NCBI RefSeq assembly: GCF_001194135.2
Contig: NC_068990.1
Location: 31,304,277-31,361,182 of the forward strand
Origin: Octopus bimaculoides
Lineage: Eukaryota
Length of the DNA: 56,906 bases
Reading direction: 5' to 3'
Each line of letters begins with the position of its first letter. Position 1 is the stretch's first letter. This document shows, in pieces, positions 40,022-52,475 of this stretch. The notes under the pieces are model-generated. The model was not told where the DNA came from. It did no database searches and saw only the letters and a list, made by a program, of their open reading frames with translations. A program made the position numbers and the translations under genes.

Positions 40022-40794
40022 GTAATTTTACTTATGTAGAATTTTGATTTTCTTACAAATATCCTCCTCAGCACTGCTTCCCACTGTTGTACAAATTATA
40101 ATCTGATAAGCTAATTATTATATTTAATTTATTTGATATAATTATCATATTTGATATCTAATATACACTATTTCATATAATCATCATATTTGATATTTAT
40201 GTTACATACATTGCTTCATATAATTATATTTAATTAGTACTTGATTATTTTACTGCTAAGCTAATTTTATAATAGTTTTGTTTTTTAATAATTCATTTAT
40301 ATGCCATAATACTAGCATTGGTCAAATGCAAAGGTAGACATATATAAATAATACTAAGAGAAGCAAACATGAAGTGCTTCTTATTTCTTCCTATTTGTTT
40401 ACATTTAAAACATAAAACTGTATTTTTTTTTTTTCCTGAAATATAAATATTTCATATTTTGCTAAATGCATTTAAAAAAGTTTAAATATCTCATCTTTCT
40501 CTTTTTTTTTTGTAATGTATAAACATTTTTTTCAGTATCGAGCTTTTTTGTCATTTTATATTCATATATTTCTATTTTCGGGTTTGGTTGAATCTAATAC
40601 CCTTCATAACCTTATATTTCTATCAGCATATTGTTACAATGTCTACTCAAGTATAGATGGTCAAGTGCTAGCAAGTTTTACAGCTCTTAAGAAAGCCATG
40701 CATTTCACTCTTCCCATCCCACTATATTCTGAAATCAAGAGGGTTAACTCTGATTTTCAAAGGCAAAGAAATAACTTTTAGTATCTAATAACAT

Positions 40795-41045
40795 CTCTAT
40801 CCTGAGTTCAAGTCCTACAAAGTAGTCTTTGACTTCTATCCTTCTGGGGTCAACAAATAGGAATCAATTACTGAGTTAATATCCCTCCTCACAAATAGTG
40901 ACCTTGTGCTTATTTTAGAGATCATTAACATTATTTATGGGTCAATAAAATAAGAACCATTTGAGTATTGGGCTCAATGCAATCAACTTACTTCTTCCCC
41001 TGAAATCGCTGGCCTTGTGCCAAAATTTGAAAACATTATTATCAT
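40795..41045 (+). mobile_element. Two tandem degenerate SINE family B pieces
   Basis: CTGAGTTCAAGTCC box B, ATCCTTCTGGGGTCAA core, two GACCTTGTGC/GGCCTTGTGCC tails. Confidence 0.6.
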
Positions 41046-41049
41046 TATC

Positions 41050-41420
41050 AGGTCATTAAGAATGAAATGTCTGATTTTGAGCCGAAGCCCTCTCTGACCC
41101 ACACCTCTGTTAGTTCTTTTTGGTTCCAAAATTTGGTTCTATACACATTTTTCCTCTTGTATATCCATAATCTACTTCCATCACCTCCCACAATGCCAAC
41201 TCCTGTGCAGGTGGTTCTTTCACTCCTTTGTGATGTTCTGCATACAAGCATTATTCACATGTAACCTAGATATCATGCCAAGTCTGTATTGACTGGTCAC
41301 CTCTACCAACATTTCCTTAACTTATCTGTCTCTCTTCTTCAGGCTACCCACAAATCATGTTCCCAAACATTTCTCCCTAAAATGTCAGCCTTCTGGAATT
41401 CCCTCCCTCCCTATTTTTTC
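41050..41420 (+). mobile_element. Decayed CR1-group LINE ORF2 end
   Basis: SAFWNSLP motif near 41382-41405; otherwise poorly preserved. Confidence 0.35.
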
Positions 41421-42004
41421 TTTTGCTGCTATTGAGTTGCAGTTGTTCAGAAAGTACATTGTCAACCACAATAATCTCACCAGTCTCTAAAAGTCTGTGA
41501 AGGCCATTGGACACAGCTTTTTCTTCCAGACAAAACATTAAAAAAAATATATAGTGTAGTTGCATTGTCAAAGACAGGGAGTTTGGGAGTCATGCTGCAT
41601 TTCTGGCAAATAAATTTTGTTGTCTTCAGGCTTTCCATTATTGTAATTGATGCCAGTAGTGTAAAAAGAAACTGTAATTCTTGTCAATATGAATAACAGG
41701 TCTCAGCTAATTGTTTTTTTCTTTATTGTCAATATACTAATGTCATAAGAAAATAACATTTTAAACTTAGCTTTTAATGGATTTTAATTGATTAAGTTTC
41801 TCTTTTGTAATAAGTACAAAATTAATTGCTTGACTGTTTCCAATGAAACTAGATTTTTATGTTTAGATTTTTATACAGTCTTAGTTTTAACAATGCTGTA
41901 TTTTTTCCTGTATATTTCATGGAAGCCTCATGTAGGGAGTATATGTGAGCAGTTGAGGAGCAATTATGATTTTGTAATGATGTTAAATAATTTTTAGCAG
42001 CAGT

Positions 42005-42035
<31 letters not shown>

Positions 42036-42886
42036 GTGATAAATTAAACAATTTCAGTATTCTAAGAAGCTAAAATTAACGATTTCCTTAGTTATAATAG
42101 CAAGCACAATTATCTACAGATTGGTGCATATTGTTGTATTGAATTTTTTCTTTGATGTGGAAAAATACAAATTAGTGATTTGATTGATACCAAATGTGAA
42201 TTTACAATTCATGTAGTCCTAAAATAATATAAACTTTCTTAAAAGTATGTAATAAATATTTGTGTTGCTTGAAAATAGCTTGCAGCATTCCAACTGAAAT
42301 GGGGGTGTCTAAATGCATACATATAATAAACTGGAAGCATAACTAGATACTTAAAATGCATATTATGAAAGCTCATTGACTTCATTGATGATGAGGAAAT
42401 AATGGCTCCATGGAATTTAATGAAATAGACATAAATACAGTTACTTGGAAATAGTAACACTCAGAGCAGGTAATAGATTCCAGAGACTATTTTTCAGATA
42501 TCTAATAGACTATTCAATAATATTGGTATCAAATGCTGATATATATTGCAAGTTGTATTTATACAAAAACATTATTGAAATTGAATAGAAATTTTGGAGT
42601 AAATAGAATTATAACCAATATGTCAGCTAACCATGCAGGGTTTGAATTTGATTTTACTCAAGCAAATAGTAATGAAGTAATATGTGAAGGTACTGTAATG
42701 CAGTTAATGAACTATTCTTGTCATATACTATGACTGTATGCAATTAAGTTTAGTGATTATGTAGTTGATAATAAGGTAGCATTTTTGTTTATATTTTAGT
42801 AGTATGTTTGTCAGCTTTCCAAGAAATGTCAGTTTTGTAGCTTCTCTGCAGATCTAATTTCACATATATTTTTGTGTGTTACTTAA

Positions 42887-43118
42887 CCCTTTAACTATGA
42901 AATTAGTTTCATAGTTATTCCAGTAATGATTGTTAAATACCTATAAATTAAAAAAATAGAACTGGTATATTCTGTATTCAAATTGCCTCAAAACTCAACA
43001 TATCTCAACCAAAAAAAAACAAAAAAAAAAAAAAAAAAAAAAAAAAAAGAAGTTTCAAACATGACATTCCTCAACAAAAGATACACTGGAATATAAAACT
43101 GCTTTCCACAGTTAAGGG
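42887..43118. mobile_element. MITE with piggyBac-type ends and ~38-bp imperfect TIRs
   Basis: TTAA|CCCTTTAACT...AGTTAAGGG|TAA; subterminal TATTCCAGT (42916) / ACTGGAATA (43085); internal poly-A. Confidence 0.6.
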
Positions 43119-43574
43119 TAATGAAATTTTGATTATGCAGTAAAAATGTTAAAAATTTGATATCATTTTATGGGTTCTTTTTAATTGACTTTCAGTTATC
43201 TGCTGTCATTTCTTCACTTCCCAGCTCTCACATTCTCTCTCTTCACTCTCTGTTATCATCACTAACTCATTTGTTTAATGTTTTCTTCTCTATTTGTTTG
43301 TCTATCTCCCTGTCTGTAGTCATCTCTCACACTCTTTTCACAATCTAGAGCTCTTACTTATCCATTTACCTTTCTGTTCCTCTCTTCCTGTTCACTCTCT
43401 CATATGCATCTTGTACTTTGAGGATATCGTCTCACTATCACTTTCTTTCCAGCTGGAGAAGCTGTCTATTCACCTCTTCAGAGGACACATGTTCCTGTTG
43501 TTCTGTCATACTTTCACCTCCTTCAGTATTATATCCCACTCAGTTGAGGGGTCTTGTCTTGCAAGTACTTGCTA

Positions 43575-43680
43575 ATCTAACTACCCTGTAAAGTGGTTGG
43601 CATTAGGGAAGACAGCAAATTGTAGAAACCATGCCAGTATGGAAAAGGCTCATTAAATGATGATGATGATGATGTTGCTG
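43575..43680 (+). mobile_element. RTE-type tail fragment
   Basis: GTGGTTGGCATTAGGGAAG...TGTAGAAACCATGCCAGTATGGAAAAG...TTAAATGATGATG. Confidence 0.7.
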
Positions 43681-44080
43681 ATGATATACATTTCTGGCTT
43701 TTTACTTTCATTCAAAACTAGCTTCCATCTCTTTTCTCTTCAATTTCTGATGTTCCTCCCTGTCCCTTTTGCATGCTTTTGTATTATACCACTCTCTCTC
43801 TCTATCTCTCTCTCTCTCCTAATTACCTCTCTAATCCACACCTCTTCTGATGCATTCTCTCTCTCTTTTCTATCTCTCCCAGCAAAACCAGTGCCTTCTC
43901 CTTTCACATTCTATAATGTGACAAAGAAGGAAACCAATAAAAGGGACACATAAATTGGTGTTTTATATCTTAAAATGACATATATCATAGGAATTAAGAA
44001 TATATATTTTTATAATATTTTATTAAAATTTTTGTCAGACATTCAAATTTTACTTTTTTTTTTTTCCTTTCTTTTTTCAG

Positions 44081-44207
44081 GAGTAATTCAGTTGAAAAAT
44101 TGGAAACCAATTTCCTTTGAAACAATTACAGACACCTCACAGTCATCTATTGATCATTTATTGGGAGATTTGACTTCTGTTGCTATTTTACGAATTCGTC
44201 TTTCCAG
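44081..44207 (+). CDS. dve: Coding exon, C-terminal half of the Compass/ULD domain (VIQLKNWKPISFETITD...VAILRIRLS)
   Basis: Long pyrimidine tract ending TTTCAG, AG|GTAGGG donor, 127 nt, phase 1 to 2; G+GA = Gly. Aligns with SATB LIQVGKWNPV...VVTLKIQL. Confidence 0.95.
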
Positions 44208-44605
44208 GTAGGGTAAAATTTTTATCTCCATGGTATAAAATATTGCTAGATATTAAATTTTTATATTTGGCAATGTTGATAAAAAGATAAATGTTTGTTG
44301 ATCTTTAACTTTTGGCAATTATGAAAAATGTAAGAAAGATATTTATGAATTAAAAAATTCTATATAAATTATTGGAGAACATTTTGCTTCCTGATTATTT
44401 TGACTGGAGAAAGAGATTCATATATCTTATACAATCAAATATCTTGACTCAAACCTCAATATTTTGAAGCGATAAATTTATTATCATGTAGTTCAAAATT
44501 TATAATTGGAAAATATGTTGCGTTTTGTTATCTCTTTCTGCAGTTTCATTGATGATGTTTATTTACAATCAAAATTTTCTCTTTTATAATGCTTACTCTA
44601 ATATA

Positions 44606-45005
44606 GTGGAAGTGCAATGGCCCAGTGGTTAGGGCAGCGGACTTGCGGTCATAGGATCGCGGTTTCGATTCCCAGACCGGGTGTTGTGAGTGTTTATTGA
44701 GCGAAAACACCTAAAGCTCCACGAGGCTCCAGCAGGGGATGGTGGCGAACCCTGCTGTACTCTTTCACCACAACTTTCTCTCACTCTTACTTCCTGTTTT
44801 TGTTGTGCCTGTAATTCAAAGGGTCAGCCTTGTCACACTGTGTCACGCTGAATATCCCCGAGAACTACCTTAAGGGTACACTTGTCTGTGGAGTGCTCAG
44901 CCACTTGCACGTAAATTTCACGAGCAGGCTGTTCCGTTGATCGGATCAACTGGAACCCTCGACGTCATAAGCAACGGAGTGCCAACAACAACAACAACAA
45001 CAACA
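44606..45005 (+). mobile_element. Full-length young tRNA-derived SINE (family C) with perfect 11-bp TSD
   Basis: Box A TGGCCCAGTGG, box B GGTTTCGATTCC, (CAA)n tail; ACTCTAATATA at 44595-44605 and 45006-45016. Confidence 0.93.
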
Positions 45006-45159
45006 ACTCTAATATAATCTTCTTTCTTACATTTTATAATTGCTGATATTTTAACTCTCCCAAAGTACCAATTCATATTTTTCTTATAGGTATTTAACGA
45101 TATGGTTGGGAGGCAAATTCTTACCACACAGTCACATGTCTGTTTATAATGGGTACAAG

Positions 45160-45300
45160 TTTGGCCATATGGTTAAAACGTTTGCTTCCCAACCACTGCA
45201 TGCCACCTTGGAAAAATGTTTTCTGCTATTGCCCTTGTCCAACGCAAGCCATGTGATGAGTAAATTTAGTTGATAGAAACAGAAAGACGTCCATCATATA
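45160..45300 (+). mobile_element. Degenerate SINE family A head
   Basis: TGGTTAAAACGTTTGCTTCCCAACCA...CCACCTTGGAAAAATGTTTTCTGCTAT...GATAGAAACAGAAAGACGTCCATCATATA. Confidence 0.7.
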
Positions 45301-45316
45301 TATGTATGTATGTATG

Positions 45317-45371
<55 letters not shown>

Positions 45372-45447
45372 ATATACATATGTATGTATGTGTGTGTGTG
45401 TGTGTGTGTGATTAAAATCAAAATAAGCAACAAGGATATCCAGAGGT

Positions 45448-45538
45448 AATGCAGTACGATCGTTTCATGCAACTCCATTTAATTGAACAATGCAGTCATT
45501 ACATCAATTTAAAATGCAGAGCAATCCTCAGTTGCACA
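45448..45538 (-). ncRNA. Minimal type I hammerhead ribozyme motif, copy 1
   Basis: RNA UGUGCAA CUGAGGA UUGC(50 nt)GCAU GAAAC GAUC GUA^CUGCAUU; intact core boxes, palindromic ACGAUCGU, C-A mismatch at the stem I junction. Confidence 0.75.
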
Positions 45539-45663
45539 AAGACATAGAATTTAATTAAATTAGAAAGACACATTAGTATAATTATACCTAAAATCTCCAA
45601 GAAGTTAAGGAGATAGACAAAGAACATGTTGCTTCTGCTACAGCATAGAAGTTACTATGTATA

Positions 45664-45697
<34 letters not shown>

Positions 45698-45729
45698 AAA
45701 TCAAAATAAGCAACTAGGTATCAAGTAGT

Positions 45730-45802
45730 GATGCAGTACAATCGTTTCAAACGGCTCCATTTAATTGAACAATGTATATGAAATGTCATCTTCAGCTGCA
45801 CC
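45730..45802 (-). ncRNA. Minimal type I hammerhead ribozyme motif, copy 2
   Basis: RNA GGUGCAG CUGAAGA UGAC(32 nt)GUUU GAAAC GAUU GUA^CUGCAUC; intact core boxes and 7-bp stem I. Confidence 0.78.
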
Positions 45803-46514
45803 AATTAATTAATAGAATTTTAACAAGTAGGACACATTATTATAATATTTCTCAAATATTTTAACAGAAAAAGGAGATAGAAACAGAAAGAAGTCCATCA
45901 TATAATATAAACTACTTCTCTATTTCTAACACAGTGACCATTTCATTAAACATTATAATGAAATCAAAACTGTTGCTGTTATAGGAAGATACAAATTTGT
46001 CTAAATGAATTGTATCTTGCTACATAATTTTTTGATATACTTCTGCAAGATCTTTCACCAAAATCATTGGACAACCTTCAAAACCTGTTATCTGTGAAAT
46101 TCCCTCATTCTTTTCACTGTCTTCTTTTGATTACACTATAACTCTATACAGTTTGAACCTAATACAGTTTTCTCTGTTATGGTCCAGCTGTTACTAGATT
46201 CATTGAGGGAGTTTCCATATATGAACTTGTGTTGTTCAGTGAGAATTGTTAAAAATTAGTGAAATAGTTCTTTGATCAGCTGCTGCTCTGCCATTTGTCC
46301 TCTTATACAGGGCTAACTGGAGGGCTCAACACCATTTTTTTTTCTTTTTGCGTCTACAGTGTATTGCTTTATATGACTGTATTGAAATCTATATGCAAAT
46401 GAATATTGGTAACCCCTTTCAGATAACTACTGAATTGCTTTGATATATCCTGTGAGCATCTTTCCAAAGTGTGCATTTCTTCAGAACTCAATCTCCCTTA
46501 CATTGGTTCCAGAT

Positions 46515-46715
46515 TTTGGTACAAGGCCAGCAATTTCAGGGAAAGGGGGAAAACCGATTACATCAACCTCAGTGTGCAGCTAGTACTTATCTTATCAATC
46601 CCAAAAGGATGAAAGGCAAAGTTGACCTCAGCTGAATCTGAATTCAGAATGTAATGATGGGTGAAATGCCGCTAAGCATTTTGCCTGGCCTGCTAACAAT
46701 TCTGCCAGCTATTGT
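46515..46715 (-). mobile_element. Near full-length SINE family B
   Basis: Minus strand TAGCTGGCAGAATTGTTAGC (box A), TTCTGAATTCAGATTC (box B-like), CAACTTTGCCTTTCATCCTTTTGGGATTGATAAG core, GGCCTTGTACCAAAA tail. Confidence 0.85.
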
Positions 46716-49506
46716 CTTTCTCAGCCTGACTTATATATATATATATATCAATGTTTATTTACATCCTCTTAATTGTTCAGTTTTATCACTGTCTACATAA
46801 TTCTTACTCATCCTTCTTGCTCCTCCATTCTGGAACTCAAATATAATCTTCCTTGGATCAATAAAAAATTGAGATTTTTCTGGTAATTAAATGAATGTCA
46901 CCATTGTTATCATTGTAATTATCTTGAAACAGTATTTTGTGAGAATAATAAATCTAACTACATATTCCCTTTTAAAAGTGTGCATTCATTTTGCCTATGT
47001 GAAACATTAAGCAGTGAAATATAAGCTATTGACTATTATGAGACAATTATAATTTCTTCCAGTTAAATTTTGCTAGATTTCAATAAAAGCACTTCTTTAT
47101 GAATTTTTTTTCTATTGTGGTATTCAATATTTATAAAAATCTTTGTGTCAACTAAATAGTGTCATTTTATTTCCCCTATCTGTCTGCATCCATAATTATT
47201 TTATATTTCAACATTATATTCTATATTGCTAAGTTTATTTCATTACTTACAGCAAATTGTCTGAGGCTTCTCTTCTCCTAGAAAGAATAATATTTATAAG
47301 CATTCACTTATGTTTTTAATTATACCAATCAATTCTTCTTACCCCATTTTCCAATTTTCCATAAGCAGCTTTCCCAAATGCTGTTTGATATATTCAATAC
47401 AATCCGATCAGGATTTTTTTAAATTGTACTTTTCACTTTTTTGTGATACAATCCAGTTGATTAATGATCTAATCTGTTGGTGCCAAGTTAGATGCATGTC
47501 TTTTTATATTGATCCTCTTCATTTACATTTATATTAATCTTGCAAATCAATTTTCCACCCACTTTACTTCCTCTTTCATGTCACTTTCCCTTTTTATAAT
47601 AGTTTATTCAACTAACCTGTTAGGAAGCAAAAGCATTTGATCAGAATTTTAATGTATCTTAAATTTTATTCATTTTCTTATTTGTAATACTTGTTTTTTC
47701 TCATTTATACCCACTCTCTTTCTATACTCTGACTTTATTTATTTATTTAATCATTATTTAGTAGATTGAAATGTTGCTCTCTTTTTATATTACATATCAA
47801 GAAAAAGAATGAACTTACAATTTGAGGTCATAAGCACAAAAAATAGAAGACAGATTAAGTCTGATGATCTTCAATTTAAAATGCTATTGAAAATACATAA
47901 ATTAGAGAAAAAAGATGCATGATTAGTCTCTTGTTGAAAATCATTGTGTTAGGAGTAGTTAAGAATGTGCTTGTAAATATATCAATGCAATTTAGGGGAT
48001 GCATAACAGCATCTTCTTAATGGCATAGTTATCATAGTACTACAAATAATGGAATATGGATAAAGCAGTAAGATCCTAGCAAAAAATAAAATATTAATCT
48101 TAATACAATATCTGAAAAAACAGTTAAATGCCATTTGAAGTTTATAAATGGCATTTTTCTTTTTTAGTTAAGTAAATGAATATGAAATAGAAATTTTTAT
48201 ATGTAGTTTTATTAATATTTCCTGGTTGTAGTATTTAACATTCATATATAATTTTTTTTTTAGTTAATATATGACTTCCTTAATCTCTAAATAAATTTTA
48301 CAAAAATGTTTGCTACAACTAGTTTTTGTACCTTAGAAGGTATGTATATGTGTTTGTGTTCACATATATATTTAGTGTTTACACTTTAATCCTCTATGTA
48401 AACAGCATTTAATATAGTGTGTGAAAATTCTGAAAGAGATACCAATTCAAGATTTTGAAGCTTAACTCATGAGCATCCATATTGAAACCCATAATGCCCC
48501 CATATCCTGTTAGTACATATGTATTTTTTTTCTACTGACCCTGCTAATCCTAGAAGCAGAAGATAAGCAGGTCAAAGAAAGTTAGTCCAATTAATATGTT
48601 GCTTCAGTACTGTAGATTGCTAATTAGAAGGAATAAATGAATACAGAACCTCAAATGTTGTCTTTGGGATGGATTGTCGGATTTAAGTGCAATAGGAAAA
48701 CCAACAATTTAGATTTAGTATGTAGTTCTGAATTGACAGAGGACAAGCTCAGAGAAACAGTACGAACAATAACAAAATGACAATTTTTAAGCAGACATGA
48801 ACAGGAGTCATTACATTGTGAAATGTATTATTTGCTGTGAAAGACTTCCCAGATGCCTCAATGCAGTCTTCATCATTTTGTTAGATGTTAAGAATTGTTC
48901 AAATAATTTTGAAAATTTTGAAAATGACAAGAAGTTTGATGTGGGGTTAAAAGACACTCATTTAAAAATGGATTTAGTATTAAGAATGATTTTAAGGTGA
49001 TTTTCATTTAAAGAGTCATAAGGCTTTATAAAGGGCTCAGAAAACTTTATATGTTCATTAGGTATTTAACCATAATCTGTCAAGCTTTCATTTTCTCAAA
49101 TTTTCTTGATAAAAGATTTTTTTGTGTTCAGAATATTATTTTAGGAAAATTTGCTCTATTGAAGTTTCAAGGGATGAGTAATTCCAACATTGAAAGATTA
49201 TTAGATTCTGAAGTTGATAATTTTTTGAACAATGATAATTCAGAAAAAAATAGATGATATTATTTAGATGATTGTCATGTTTTTATATAGATAATTTTAG
49301 TACATTTAAAAAAAAGCATTGTAACTTTTACATTACACTGAATATTCACTAATAATGTGTCCTTTCATGATTATATAAAAAGATTTTACTTATTAAGTTA
49401 ACTGAGACTTTGTTATTTTGGGCAGTTCCTAATAATTTTGTAAGATATCGATTTTATCGTAATGTAAGCATTTTATCCCCATGTTATTATATAATGGTTT
49501 ATGTAC

Positions 49507-49580
<74 letters not shown>

Positions 49581-49985
49581 CCTGAAGGAACACTGTGCAT
49601 TAAGTGCCAAAAGTTTTTTTTAGGTGTGATGAATGTATTAAAAGGAAAANNNNNNNNNNNNNNNNNNNNNNNNNNNNNNNNNNNNNNNNNNNNNNNNNNN
49701 NNNNNNNNNNNNNNNNNNNNNNNNNNNNNNNNNNNNNNNNNNNNNNNNNNNNNNNNNNNNNNNNNNNNNNNNNNNNNNNNNNNNNNNNNNNNNNNNNNNN
49801 NNNNNNNNNNNNNNNNNNNNNNNNNNNNNNNNNNNNNNNNNNNNNNNNNNNNNNNNNNNNNNNNNNNNNNNNNNNNNNNNNNNNNNNNNNNNNNNNNNNN
49901 NNNNNNNNNNNNNNNNNNNNNNNNNNNNNNNNNNNNNNNNNNNNNNNNNNNNNNNNNNNNNNNNNNNNNNNNNNNNNNNNNNNNN

Positions 49986-50031
<46 letters not shown>

Positions 50032-50461
50032 ATAAGATCGTGAACTGTAAAACTGATTGGAATAGTCTTTATTTTGCTAAATAGATGTGAAAACTGCAGC
50101 CAGGGTTATTTTTGTTTTTAGTTGAATGCTACATAAATGAGAAAAACCTTACATAAATATATTGAAAAGCAAAAAAAAAAAAAAAAGAAAAAGAGAGAAA
50201 AAAGCATAAAATATGATTACTTATAAATATTTATACACAGTGTAAATACTTATAAATGTTATAAGACTGATAAACCTTTAACCACTTTTCTAACTTACAT
50301 TTAACTGAAGCAATATGATCTTCATTATAACTAATCACCGTTGTTAATACAATTACTTTTTAAAAGTAATTGTGTTTACAACTGCTACTGCTGTCTCCTT
50401 TTTTGATGTCTTTATCTTCTATTTCGTCTCTTTTATAATCTGCATCATCACTATCATCGTT

Positions 50462-50496
<35 letters not shown>

Positions 50497-51003
50497 GTTT
50501 AAAGCATTGCATTTAAGAAACAAGACAACATATTTGTAAACTTTGGCCACAGAATTAGAATGTTAAATGAGCTCATTTAACATTCTAATTCTGTGGCAAA
50601 AATATTATCACAGATTATATCTGTAATCATATTTGTTTATTTTCTGTCTTATTTTGAGAATAATCTTTGTAAGCTTATAGTTTTAATGATACTGACACAT
50701 GCTGTAATTGGAGTGAGCAGAATCCATAGTCTTTTTGTCTGTTTAGACTAGAGAATTAGGCTAAATCAGTGATGTTATTGTGTTTCGTAAACACTTTGGT
50801 GTGATGTGTCATTGATGTCAATATTCGGTTTTTTATGTTTAGTGACATCACCTCAAGAAACACAGTACTACGCTGAAATATAACAATTGACCCTAAAGGT
50901 TTTCCTTTTTTCATTCTCTTTTTTTTTTGTTTGGAAATGCCAGGCCACAGATCATTATTAATTGTCTATATATAAATATGCATTTCCATTTTTTTAAAAT
51001 TTA

Positions 51004-51048
<45 letters not shown>

Positions 51049-51504
51049 CATACATACACATATACTCTTCATATCTTTAGTTCTTTCATAGGATTATATA
51101 CATATATACAAACACACACACTTCATGTTGTCTAGCTCTTTCATAAGATTCTTAATTATACTGGCTACATTTCCATGGAACTATATTTTATGTCACTTTC
51201 ATACCAAATTAGTCTTGTCTCTAGTAGTTATCCCATTTTTATGTTAATATCAGTATTTGTTAACTGTTAAGTGAGTAAAACAAGAAATAGTTGGACACCA
51301 TTTTTGTTATATTTTGGGGCCAGGAGAGGAAATAATGCCTATGACTCTTCATAAGGCCTCTGTGATAGGCAGGCTGGAAGTAGAAATGTATCTTCAAAGA
51401 AAGTCCCTGACCTAAATTCTTGCAAATGGAATGCATTTCACCAAAGGTACTCAAGATGCCAGGTGGTTGTTATGAACTGAGCAATAAATTAAACCTTTTG
51501 CCCA

Positions 51505-51655
51505 ATTAAGTTATTGTGAGATTTGAACTCAGTATGCTAAGATCTAGAACAAATATTGCAAAGTATCTTTTTTGATGTTTTGCTTGTCTGCCACTCTAGA
51601 CTGGTACTTTATTTATCAACCCTAAAAGGATGAAAAGTAAAGTTGACCTTGAGGG
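51505..51655 (-). mobile_element. Rearranged degenerate SINE family B pieces
   Basis: ATTTGAACTCAG and CTGGTACTTTATTTATCAACCCTAAAAGGATGAAAAGTAAAGTTGACC. Confidence 0.6.
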
Positions 51656-52361
51656 GAAAGTTGAAATGGCAAATAGAATTTTTCTAGAATATCATTATGA
51701 TCGATGTAAATCACCACCTTCATTTTTCATGCTTTCATAGTTTATATTTGTGTGCAAAATATCTTCAGTCAACATGCTTTATTAATATATCTTGATAATT
51801 CAATCATTTTGACAACAATATGAAATATCTCTTTTCAAGTGTTTCATGACTTAAAAGCAATGAGTAACCAAGATCATGCTCTTATATTTTCCCAGTCTTT
51901 TTTTCATGTATTATTAATGTATTATTCTGATTTTTAAACTGAAATTTTTACATAGATTTATCCAATCAGACAATTATTCTCTGTTCTTTACATAATAATA
52001 AAATTGCAATTTTCAAAACATTTTCCAAATTATATAAATGCAATTTATAGTGTAAATGTTAAATAGCCAAATACAGGATATTGAATTATCACCTTATGTC
52101 TAAATTGCAAGATCATATCTGCTACTGGCATTTTGCTGTTTTTTTTTTTATGTAGACTACTTAGTTCTTCATAAATCAGTCTACATTGCTAGAAGCATTG
52201 TTTTATGAAAATGTGAATGAAAGAAACGTCATTTCCATACATCTAATATAGTTTTAAAATCAATTTTCTAAGACAGAACTTCATCTGCACATCTTACAAC
52301 TTATAAGAAGTTCATATAAATTTGTATAATATAAAATAGACATAGCTTACTTATTGGGAAC

Positions 52362-52475
52362 TTTTATCATTATCATCATTTAATGTCCACTTTTCCCTAC
52401 CCACATGGGTCAGATGTAATTTGTTGAGGCAGATTTACTGCAGTCAAGTGCTCTTTCTGTCACCAACCCTCACCT
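52362..52475 (-). mobile_element. RTE-type tail fragment
   Basis: ATCATCATTTAATGTCCACTTTTCC...CATGGGTCAGATG. Confidence 0.6.

Noticed and set aside
44620-44690. tRNA gene-like A and B boxes (also other SINE heads)
   Set aside because: No complete cloverleaf; they continue into SINE bodies with tails and TSDs.
49170-49649. Acidic peptide plus TLCIKCQKFF/RCDEC resembling piggyBac termini
   Set aside because: Needs a frameshift, no TIRs found, and the sequence is cut by a gap.
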